Assembly (NCBI GenBank): GCA_965198065.1
Contig: CBDAON010000004.1
Coordinates: forward strand, 704,001-768,000
DNA: 64,000 nucleotides
Source of the DNA: Longimicrobiales bacterium
GTDB taxonomy: Bacteria; Gemmatimonadota; Gemmatimonadetes; Longimicrobiales; Gaopeijiaceae
Direction: 5' to 3'
In this document: positions 10,543 through 18,828 of the stretch, one piece after another
How the letters are laid out: every line of letters starts with the position of its first letter
Position numbering within the stretch: position 1 is the stretch's first letter
Position numbers and translations under genes: made by a program
The notes under the pieces: model-generated
The model's database searches: none
The model's input: the letters and a program-made list of their open reading frames with translations, nothing else
Told to the model about the DNA's origin: nothing

Positions 10543-11235
10543 TCAGCACCTTCGCCTTTCGCGCTTCAGCAGCTCGTTTCGGAGCGTGCCGTTAAAGCTC
10601 TCATTGTAGCCGTTCTCCCACGGGCTGCCCGGCTCGATGAACAGCGTCTTCACGCCTAGCTCACCGAGCCACTGCCGAACCACTCGGGCCGTGAACTCCG
10701 GACCGTTGTCGGAGCGAAGATTCGCCGGTGGACCGTGCTCGGCAAACAGCTCGCTCAGCGTCTGCAGAACATCGTCCGCCTGAAGCCTGCGAGTCACCAC
10801 GATCGCCAGGCACTCCCGGCTGTACTCATCCAGCACCGTCAGCATCTTGAGCGGCCGTCCATCATGCGTCCGGTCCGCCACGAAGTCATACGCCCATACA
10901 TGGTGTCGGTACAGGGGCCGCAGTCGGATACAAGAACCGTCGGTCAGCCACAGCCTTCCTCGTTTCGGCTGCTTACTTGGCACCTTGAGCCCCTCCTGTC
11001 TCCAGATCCGCTCCACCCGCTTGTGGTTCACGGCCCAGCCCTCCGTCCTCAGCATCCCCGTCACCATCCGGTACCCGTAGCGTCCAAACCGTCGGGCCAC
11101 CTTCACCACGTCCTCTCTCAGCGCCTCCTCATCTTCGCTTCGCTTCGGTATCCGACGCTGCGTCGAGCGTGCCTGGCCCAACACCCGGCACGCCTTCCTT
11201 TCGCTCACCCCAAGCCGCTGCCGCACGTGCACCAC
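10543..11235 (-). CDS. IS3 OrfB DDE transposase; C-terminus frameshifted by a short deletion near 10555
   Basis: WAYDF, LRSDNGPEF, PGSPWENGYNESFNG; expected tail IEQWRREYNTHRPHSSLGYRPP continues in another frame. Confidence 0.9.
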   Translation of the reverse strand: MVHVRQRLGVSERKACRVLGQARSTQRRIPKRSEDEEALREDVVKVARRFGRYGYRMVTGMLRTEGWAVNHKRVERIWRQEGLKVPSKQPKRGRLWLTDGSCIRLRPLYRHHVWAYDFVADRTHDGRPLKMLTVLDEYSRECLAIVVTRRLQADDVLQTLSELFAEHGPPANLRSDNGPEFTARVVRQWLGELGVKTLFIEPGSPWENGYNESFNGTLRNELLKRERRRC

Positions 11236-11258
11236 GCACCGCCTGCGCCACTCGGGGC

Positions 11259-11540
11259 TCAGTAGTTTCCCTTGGAGGCTTCCTTCAAAATCAGGTTGTC
11301 GACCGTCAGATCCGCCACCGCCTGCTTCAGGCGTTGGTTTTGCTTCTCGAGCTCCTTCAGACGCTTCGCCTGGCCCACCTTCATTCCCCCGTACTCCTTA
11401 CGCCACCGGTAGTATGTCTGCTCGCTCACCCCCAGCTCACGGCACACTTGCTTGACCCTCTTCCCGTTCGCCAGGGCCACCTCCGCCTTGCGTAGCTGGT
11501 TGATGATCTGTGCCGGACTCAGCCTCTTTGGTGCGGCCAT
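11259..11540 (-). CDS. IS3 OrfA HTH protein
   Basis: VCRELGVSEQTYYRWRKEYGG, RLKELEKQNQRLK; ends at the GGGAAAC -1 slippery heptamer. Confidence 0.92.
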   Translation of the reverse strand: MAAPKRLSPAQIINQLRKAEVALANGKRVKQVCRELGVSEQTYYRWRKEYGGMKVGQAKRLKELEKQNQRLKQAVADLTVDNLILKEASKGNY

Positions 11541-11760
11541 TGTGCCCTCCCCTTTCGTGTCTTGACCCCGTCCAGATTCTAAAACTGGACTCGGTCTCGT
11601 TTTAGGGGGTCAGATCAACCGGGCTAGGAAGGGTCGGACGCCTAGACGGCTAGTGAAACAAGCTTCTCCGGGAGGCAAGCGTCGCCCTTGCGGTTTAGAG
11701 CTTCCACCCGAATGATTCGGTCGGGCTCTATCCCGAGGTCCTTCCCATCTGGAGGTCTCC

Positions 11761-12991
11761 ATGGACCGCACACGCGCTGGGCGCTTTGCCCCTCTGTCTT
11801 TGATCGTATTCGTCGTTACCGCGTGGTTTGCGGTGCCATCCGGCGCGACGGCGCAGCAAGATGATCGCCTCGCCGAGCCCTTCTACGGGATCACTACGGA
11901 TGGCGATCTGGTCGCTGACCTCTTCCCGATACGTGCGACGGGGGTCTCGACCGCCCCGATCGTGGAGGCAGCCAGGCACTACTTAAGCACATTGTCGCCC
12001 GGGCAGATCGCACGAACGAGCTTCGATCTGGATGACAGTGAGTGGCGACACTGGAGTAATGTCCCCGTTGGCAACACTCCTCGGGCCGGCCTGTCCTTCA
12101 GAGATATGAACGACGCTCAAATGGAGGCGGCGTTCGCGATGGTGCGTGCGGGGATGAGCGCTCGCGGATTCAACCTGGCGCGGAATATCATGCGCATCGA
12201 CGGCTACCTGGCCGACGTTCTCGACAACCTAGAGGGATAACGGAGAGTTCCTCTATTTCATCGACATCTTCGGGGAGCCGCATGAAACCGAGCCTTGGGG
12301 ATGGCAACTCGATGGGCATCACCTGGTCGTCAACTTCTTCATCATGGGAGATCAGGTCGTGATGTCGCCCAACTTCTGGGGATCCGAGCCAACCCGGATC
12401 GAGACGGGCAGGTTCGCGGGAGTGGAAGCCCTGCAGGAGGAGCAGGATGTCGGCTTAGCCTTCATGGAGTCCCTGCGGCCCGATCAGGTTCGGACAGCAA
12501 CCGTCGAGACGGACAAGACCTCCAACAACCAGTTGGCCGCCGCCTTCAGAGATAATGTGATCATTGAGGAAGCCGGCATCCGGGGAGACCAACTGGACGC
12601 GGCGCAGCGCGAGCTCCTCATGGACGTCGTCGGCATCTGGGTCGGCCACATTCGGGAAGAGCACGCCGGCATCAAAATGGCCGAGGTTCGGGCCCATCTG
12701 GACGAAACCCGGTTTGCCTGGGTCGGCGACGTGGGTGACGATGCCCTGTACTACTACCGGGTCCACAGCCCCGTCATGATCATTGAGTTCGATCACTCGA
12801 TCCCGGTCAGCTTCCCCGTAGAGCCTCGGATGCCTTCGCGAACCCACATTCACGCGGGCGTTCGGACTCCGAACGGAAATGACTACGGAAAGGATCTGCT
12901 CCGGCAGCACTACGAGCAGCACGCCAACGACCCGAACCACGTGCACGATCATCCGTACCCAGCGGGGTCGGCGACAGCCGGCGGTCCATGA
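11761..12991 (+). pseudogene. Secreted DUF3500-like protein with a +1 frameshift near 12239
   Basis: WRHWSNVP, WGWQLDGHHL, YYRVHSPVMIIEFDH, HIHAGVRTPNGNDYG; deleting one A in GGATAACGGA restores ...LEGYGEFLYF. Confidence 0.8.
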
Positions 12992-13381
12992 TCTCCTGCG
13001 GTCCGGTCATCCGGTGGCCTGAGCGTCGGGTATCGGGTCGGTCCATCAGGTAGCGAACGCGGCGGGCGTCGGTGAACGGCGCCCGCCGCGAGCGTTCTGT
13101 AACCCCGGGGCTACCCTAGCCTACGGCACGCCGACTCCCCTTCCTGGAGAGTCGTCTTGGTATCCGCACCGCTGAAGGGACGTACGACCCTCCGAATGGC
13201 ACTCTTGAGGTGAGCGCCCACGTAAGCTCGACATCGGCCGAAAGTGCAGTCAAAGGCGACACTTACAGTGCGCCCCATCTAGAGCAGAATGTGACTCGCC
13301 GAAGCCCCCCAGGGAGGGGGTGTAAATGGGTCCCCATAGAGAGGTACGATCTACGAGTGCGCCTTCTTGACTCGGGCCTTC

Positions 13382-13522
13382 TTAATGGTGTTGGGCGGCG
13401 GTGTAGACGAGGAAGCTCACGACACCGAGGAAGCTCACGATACCTACGTAGGCCGCGATCACGCCGACCCACTGGAACGTCCACCATCCCCGCTCGATCA
13501 GATTCGCCTGGTGCGCGTTCAT
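13382..13522 (-). CDS. 46-aa small membrane protein (below the ORF-track cutoff)
   Basis: GGAGG RBS; MNAHQANLIERGWWTFQWVGVIAAYVGIVSFLGVVSFLVYTAAQHH*. Confidence 0.55.
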   Translation of the reverse strand: MNAHQANLIERGWWTFQWVGVIAAYVGIVSFLGVVSFLVYTAAQHH

Positions 13523-13719
13523 GATGCCCTCCCGTGTTCATCGGACGAAGCCGAGGATTTCGCGGCCCGGAGCTCGTCCCCGGGTCTGCCCGCCGACTTA
13601 GACGTACCTACGCGAAATAGGGGTTGGGGGATTCAGGGCACCATCAGCCTGACCCTCGGTCAGTTGGTCCCATCTAGAGCAGGACTTGACTTACCGACAC
13701 CCCCCAGGAGGGTTACACG

Positions 13720-13997
13720 CTCCACGACCATCGCCACACGGCCGCGCCGTCCACCTCGCGCGGGCCGGCATGCCCCTGAACCTGCTCCAGGGCCAGCTCG
13801 GGCATACAACGATCTCAATGACAATGCGCTACGCCCGGCTCCACCCGGACTACTCGGACGTCCGCGAATACTTCGACCGTGTGGGTGAGCGGTTCGGGCT
13901 GGCCGCTCCGGAAAAGGTTTCCGCTTCTCCGGGTAACAAAACGGGTAACACTCCCTCCGAAGAGCCCCTCGAAGCGGCTCCGCGCGAGCACGTCTGA
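13720..13997 (+). pseudogene. C-terminal remnant of a tyrosine integrase
   Basis: HD-x-RHTA (frameshifted), then AVHLARAGMPLNLLQGQLGHTTISMTMRYA (box II LGH...Y); N-terminal and core domains absent. Confidence 0.85.
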
Positions 13998-14022
13998 TGC
14001 GGCGTAAGTTGTTGCGGGAGAA

Positions 14023-14110
14023 CGGAGGGGGTGGGACTCGAACCCACGTGGGCTGTTAGGCCCAACCTCGGTTTTCAAGACCGGTACCTTAGCCGCTCGG
14101 TCACCCCTCC
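14023..14110 (-). tRNA. tRNA-Ser(TGA), CCA not encoded
   Basis: GGAGGGG/CCCCTCC acceptor stem, discriminator G, anticodon loop CTTGAAA, long variable arm, GTGGG-TTCGAGT-CCCAC T arm. Confidence 0.95.
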
Positions 14111-14198
14111 TGGATGGAAGATACCACGGTGGGAACGGCACGGAGAGTCGCCCACGGGACCGGGATCGGCTGCCGTCCCGTCCCGTTCATCGTCCCCC

Positions 14199-15887
14199 TC
14201 AATGACGGAACAGCCTTCGCCCCGTGAACACCATGGCGATCCCGAGGTCGTCCGCCGCGGCGATGACCTCTTCGTCCCGCACCGACCCCCCGGGCTGAAC
14301 GATAGCCCCGACTCCCGCGGACAAGGCTTCATCCACCGCGTCCCGGAAGGGGAAGAACGCGTCCGAGGCGAGCACGGAGCCCTGGAGATCGAGGTCCTGG
14401 TCCCGTGCCTTCTGAACGGCGAGCCGGGATGAATCGACCCGGGACATCTGACCCGCACCGATCCCGAGGGTCACCCCACCTCGCGCGAGGACGATGGCGT
14501 TCGACTTCACACCATAGACGGCCGCCCAGGCGAACCGCAGATCTTCCAGCTCCTCCGGGGTCGGCTCCCGCTTCGTCACTGTCTTCCAGCCTGGATCGGG
14601 CCCGCCGAGCAGGGGCGGAACGGGCGGCGACTGCGCGAGGAACCCGCCGTAGATCCCCCGCACCGCCACCGGCGCGGGGTCCCGCCCGTGCGCGGCGAGG
14701 AAGCGGGCGGCCCTCCGGGCGTCCTCCTCCGTCCGCTCCCGCCCCTCGAAACTCGCGAGCGCAGCGGCCACTGCGGCAGGGAGGGCGGCCGCCCCTTCGG
14801 GCTCGGGAAGGGTCAAGATCCTCACGTTCTTCTTTCGCGTGAGCACCTCCATTGCATCCGGGGACACGGCCGGCGCCACCAGACACTCCGTGAAGAGCTC
14901 CCTGATCGCTTCCGCAGCCGGGCGGTCGATCGTGCGGTTCACCGCGATCACCGATCCGAACGCGCTCACGGGATCGGTCGCGAGCGCGCGCTCGAAGGCC
15001 TCCGCGACGGTGTCCCCGACCGCGATCCCGCACGGGGTCGTGTGCTTCACGATCACAACCGCCGGACGGGGTGAGACGGCGAACGGAGAGAGGCAGAGGA
15101 GCGCGCCATCCAGGTCCAGCAGGTTGTTGTAGGAGAGTTCCTTTCCGTGGTGCTGCTCTAGCGAGGCGATCCCCCGTCGGCCCGCCCCGTCCGGCGCGTA
15201 CAGGGCCGCCGTCTGGTCGGGGTTCTCCCCATACCGGAGGTCGGACACCTTCCGGTGCCGGAGGGTCAGCTCCCCGGGAAGCTCCGTCTCTCCCTCTCCG
15301 GCCGTCGCTCCCAGGAACGCGGACACGGCAGCGTCGTAAGTCGAGACGTGGCGGAAGACCTTCGCCGCGAGCTCCCGCCTGATCGCTCCGCCGTCCTCGG
15401 CTGCCCCGAGCGCGGAGAGCACACGCGCGTAGTCCGCCGGATCCACGACAACCCATACGTGCGCGTGGTTCTTCGCCGCGGCCCGGATCATCGCGGGCCC
15501 GCCGATGTCCACCTTCTCCATCCCGGCCTCCACGGGGACCCCCCCGGCCGCCACGGTCTCGCGGAACGGATAGAGGTTCACAGCGACCACGTCGATCGGC
15601 CGATACCCCTGGGTCTCCAGGGCCTCCATGTCGCCCACGACGTCCCGGCGCGCGAGGATCGGTCCGTGCACGGCCGGGTGGAGCGTCTTCACCCGCCCGT
15701 CCATCATCTCGGGGAACTGCGTGACGGAGGCCACGTCCGTAACGGGAGCGCCGGCGGAACGGAGCGCACGAGCGGTTCCGCCCGTCGAGAGGATCTCGAA
15801 GCCGAGGCCGGCGAGGCCCCGCGCGAAGTCCTCGATCCCGGTCTTGTCCGAAACGGAGAGTAGCGCGCGTCTGGCCGGAGAAGTCAT
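14199..15887 (-). CDS. purH: Bifunctional AICAR transformylase/IMP cyclohydrolase
   Basis: RALLSVSDK, GRVKTLHP, LRYGENP, GAGQMSRVDS, SDAFFPF. Confidence 0.97.
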   Translation of the reverse strand: MTSPARRALLSVSDKTGIEDFARGLAGLGFEILSTGGTARALRSAGAPVTDVASVTQFPEMMDGRVKTLHPAVHGPILARRDVVGDMEALETQGYRPIDVVAVNLYPFRETVAAGGVPVEAGMEKVDIGGPAMIRAAAKNHAHVWVVVDPADYARVLSALGAAEDGGAIRRELAAKVFRHVSTYDAAVSAFLGATAGEGETELPGELTLRHRKVSDLRYGENPDQTAALYAPDGAGRRGIASLEQHHGKELSYNNLLDLDGALLCLSPFAVSPRPAVVIVKHTTPCGIAVGDTVAEAFERALATDPVSAFGSVIAVNRTIDRPAAEAIRELFTECLVAPAVSPDAMEVLTRKKNVRILTLPEPEGAAALPAAVAAALASFEGRERTEEDARRAARFLAAHGRDPAPVAVRGIYGGFLAQSPPVPPLLGGPDPGWKTVTKREPTPEELEDLRFAWAAVYGVKSNAIVLARGGVTLGIGAGQMSRVDSSRLAVQKARDQDLDLQGSVLASDAFFPFRDAVDEALSAGVGAIVQPGGSVRDEEVIAAADDLGIAMVFTGRRLFRH

Positions 15888-16540
15888 GGGAACCGTGGAA
15901 GCTCGGAGGAGAGGACGAAGTGGCGGCCCCTGCCAGGGATCGAATCGGCCGAACTGCCCTCTTCGAGGGCGCGCACGAGCACGTCCACGGCCGCTGGATA
16001 GAGCAGGTGCTCCACCTCCTGAACCCGACTGGCCAGCGTCTCGGGCGTGTCGTCCGGGAGCACGGGAACCGGCCACTGAGCCAGGATGGCTCCGCGATCG
16101 TATTCCTCGTCCGCGAAGTGGACCGTAGCGCCGGAAATGCGCGTCCCGGACTCGAGCACCGCCTCGTGGACGCGAGCCCCGTACATGCCTCTCCCCCCAA
16201 AGCCGGGAAGGAGCGCCGGATGGATGTTCAGGATCCGGTTCCGAAAAGCCTTCACCACCTCGACCGGAACCAGCCGGAGATACCCCGCGAGGAGGATGAA
16301 GTCCACGGACTCGTCGGTGAGGCGGGCGAGGAGCCGGCTCGCGAACGTGCCCGGGTCGTCGTCCGGAGGGATGACGGCGGACGGGATTCCCCTCGCCTTC
16401 GCGCGCTCCACCGCTCTGGCCTGCGCCCGGTCCGTGACGAGAAGCACGACCTCCCACGAGTGCGACCCGGCTCCGCCATCGGCGAGCACCTCGAAGTTTG
16501 TCCCTCGCCCTGACGCGAACACCGCGGCCCGAAGGCTCAC
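15884..16540 (-). CDS. purN: Phosphoribosylglycinamide formyltransferase
   Basis: ASGRGTN, LAGYLR, NIHPALLP, SGATVHFADEEYDRG. Confidence 0.95.
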   Translation of the reverse strand: MSLRAAVFASGRGTNFEVLADGGAGSHSWEVVLLVTDRAQARAVERAKARGIPSAVIPPDDDPGTFASRLLARLTDESVDFILLAGYLRLVPVEVVKAFRNRILNIHPALLPGFGGRGMYGARVHEAVLESGTRISGATVHFADEEYDRGAILAQWPVPVLPDDTPETLASRVQEVEHLLYPAAVDVLVRALEEGSSADSIPGRGRHFVLSSELPRFP

Positions 16541-17223
16541 GCGAACCCTCCCCCCATCTGGGGGATGAGGAACGGGTTTCCCCTCCGCTCGTTGGCCACG
16601 CTCGTCTCCGGGCCGTGGCCCGAGAGGAGGCGGGTCGCATCGGGGAGGGAGAGGATCTCCCCTCGGATCGAATCGATGAGCTGGCGAAAGTCCCCGCCCG
16701 GAAGGTCGGTGCGGCCAATCGAGGCCTGGAAGATCACGTCCCCGACGAGCGCGAATCCACCCTCGGCCGAGTACAGGATCACGTGCCCCGGGGCGTGTCC
16801 CGGCGCGAAGCGCACCTCGAGCGAGAGGCCGCCCACCGGAACCGATTGTCCCGGAACGAGCTCCCCGTCCGGAACGGGGAGCGGGCGGGGGAGCCGGACC
16901 CCGACGGCGGTCCCCTGGGCACTCGCCAGGTCGTACAGGGGTCGATCAGCGGGGTGGAGGAACACGGGCACCTCGGCGTACTCCCTGACGACCGGGATCC
17001 CCTCCACGTGATCGAAGTGGGCATGCGTGAGATAGATGGCCTCGAGCGTTCCCCCGCCCTGCCCGAGCGCTCGAACCATTTCCGGGGCGGCCGCGCCCGG
17101 ATCTACGGCGACCAGCCGATTGGTGGCCGGATGGCGAACGAGGTAGCCGTTCTCAGCGAACGCGCCGCCGGAAAAGCAGGTGGCCTCGAGGGTGTCTGGA
17201 GAGGAGGTGGTTCGGGGTGGCAT
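16537..17223 (-). CDS. MBL-fold metallohydrolase (YcbL/glyoxalase II-like)
   Basis: THAHFDH, PGHAPGH, GDVIF, GRTDLPGG, SGHGPET. Confidence 0.9.
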   Translation of the reverse strand: MPPRTTSSPDTLEATCFSGGAFAENGYLVRHPATNRLVAVDPGAAAPEMVRALGQGGGTLEAIYLTHAHFDHVEGIPVVREYAEVPVFLHPADRPLYDLASAQGTAVGVRLPRPLPVPDGELVPGQSVPVGGLSLEVRFAPGHAPGHVILYSAEGGFALVGDVIFQASIGRTDLPGGDFRQLIDSIRGEILSLPDATRLLSGHGPETSVANERRGNPFLIPQMGGGFA

Positions 17224-17274
17224 CGGCGGGTCAGAGATCGGCCGCCACGACGACCTGGCCCCGGTGGGCCCAAC

Positions 17275-17604
17275 TCAGACCGTGAACGAGCTTCCGCACC
17301 CGCAGCCGCCGGTGGCGACCGGATTGTTGAACGCGAAGCCCGATCCCATCATGGACGAGACGTAGTCGATCTGCACCCCCTCCAGGTACTGGGCGCTGAA
17401 CGGATCCACGAACACCCGGATCCCGGACAGATCCAGGATCTCGTCGTCCTCTTCTGGGGAATCCTCGATGTTGAGGCCGTACTGGAAGCCGGAGCAGCCG
17501 CCCGGAAGGACGGCGACCCGGAGCCCAGCGCCCTCCGCCGCACCATGATCCTGAATTAAGGACTGCACCTTGGAGACCGCGGTCTCCGACAAGACGATGG
17601 TCAT
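17275..17604 (-). CDS. A-type Fe-S carrier (IscA/ErpA/HesB)
   Basis: GGCSGFQY and CGCGSSF motifs. Confidence 0.93.
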   Translation of the reverse strand: MTIVLSETAVSKVQSLIQDHGAAEGAGLRVAVLPGGCSGFQYGLNIEDSPEEDDEILDLSGIRVFVDPFSAQYLEGVQIDYVSSMMGSGFAFNNPVATGGCGCGSSFTV

Positions 17605-17688
17605 GCCTTCCCTACCCCCCGAACCGCGGGGTGTTCGAGCCGGCGGCCCCCCGCCCGGCATGGGCCGAAGGGCCTCGGGGCCTGGAAG

Positions 17689-18828
17689 TTATTCCGGCGG
17701 CAGGACCGGGGTCAACCCGCCCTCCGGGCCCTCGAACTCCGCCTGCCCCCCCCCACCCGGGACGTCGTTCAGGTTGATCACCCCTTCGATCTCGACCCGG
17801 TACTGAGCCCCCGCGATGAGAGGCCGCGAGAGCTCGAGGACGAGATCCCGCGTGGGAAGGACGGGGGCGGCGGGTGTGGCCTGGGCGCCGGGTGCCGCCG
17901 CTGCCTGCCGTTCGTCCCACTCCCAGCGGAAGAGGATGCTTACGACCTCCGGCGCGGCCGCCCCTTCCCGAATGAGGCGGGCCACTACGGTGCCGAGGTC
18001 CCCCTCGGCATCGAGGTAATCGTCGAAGGTGATCCCGAGCGTGAGCGAGTCGAGGACCGACGCTCGCTCGAGCTCCGCGGCAATCGTGTCGGGGAGGAGG
18101 AGCGGGAGATCCGTCACGACGATCGTGTCCCCGACGTTCACCCCGACGTCCACGGACGCCTGGCGCTCGGCGAAGTCGGCCTCTCCACTCCGGTTCCGGT
18201 CCTCGTACGCGACCAGCGCGTACCGACCCGACGGCATGTAGGGAAAGGTGAAGACGCCCGTCTCGTCGGAGACCGTGGACCGGCGGCTCCCTCCGTCCAG
18301 CGGTACGGCGTCGACCCGTGCCCCCCCGAGAGCGCGAAGGGTGAGGCGGTCCTGGGTCATTCCGGCGAGAAGCGTGGGCTCGAGCTCCGGGCCAGTCGAG
18401 AACACCACGTCGAGCGGGCCGGCCATCCCGTTCTGGTAGCGGTCCCGGAACCGGGGCAGGAGCGTCACCCGGTACACGGTCGCGTCCCGAAAGCCCCCCT
18501 CCATCGAAATCTCGATCCGATCTCCGCTCACACGCACCGTCAGGAGCCCGGTCTGGGGAGAGACGATCACCGCGTCGGAGAGCGATCCCTCGGTGGGGCG
18601 TTCGCTCAGGGTTCGCTCGAATCGGAGCTCGACGGGCCCCGCGAAGGGATCGATCCGTCCCAGGTGCGGCGGCGTCGTCTCAAGCACGCGAAGCGGGGTC
18701 TCGGGCACGGGGCCCCCCACCGGGGCCCCGGGGCGAGCGCACGCGGAAAGGGCGAGCGCGGCGAACGCGAGGAAGGCCGTCGTGAGGCGTCGACTCGCGG
18801 CCGCCCCGGTCACGGCCACTCCAGTCAC
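17689..18828 (-). CDS. Lipoprotein with Ig-like and carboxypeptidase-regulatory-like domains
   Basis: GTG start overlapping the valS stop; lipobox LSAC followed by PGAPVGGP. Confidence 0.7.
   Translation of the reverse strand: MTGVAVTGAAASRRLTTAFLAFAALALSACARPGAPVGGPVPETPLRVLETTPPHLGRIDPFAGPVELRFERTLSERPTEGSLSDAVIVSPQTGLLTVRVSGDRIEISMEGGFRDATVYRVTLLPRFRDRYQNGMAGPLDVVFSTGPELEPTLLAGMTQDRLTLRALGGARVDAVPLDGGSRRSTVSDETGVFTFPYMPSGRYALVAYEDRNRSGEADFAERQASVDVGVNVGDTIVVTDLPLLLPDTIAAELERASVLDSLTLGITFDDYLDAEGDLGTVVARLIREGAAAPEVVSILFRWEWDERQAAAAPGAQATPAAPVLPTRDLVLELSRPLIAGAQYRVEIEGVINLNDVPGGGGQAEFEGPEGGLTPVLPPE

Larger units (their letters stand above)
10353..11617 (-). mobile_element. IS3-family insertion sequence (IS407-group-like), probably inactive
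   Basis: Terminal inverted repeats TGACCTGCCCCCAAAA / TGATCTGACCCCCTAAAA; 1265 bp; orfA/orfB; no flanking target duplication. Confidence 0.92.
8154..14079. mobile_element. tRNA-Ser-integrated element B (~5.9 kb, degenerate integrase)
   Basis: 57-bp direct repeat with the tRNA 3' half; tyrosine-integrase remnant next to the tRNA; paired GGGTAACA motifs near both ends. Confidence 0.85.

Noticed and set aside
2069..14110. Intact prophage, integron or known defence system
   Set aside because: No structural, replication, IntI or recognisable defence genes, and no attC-type palindromes seen.
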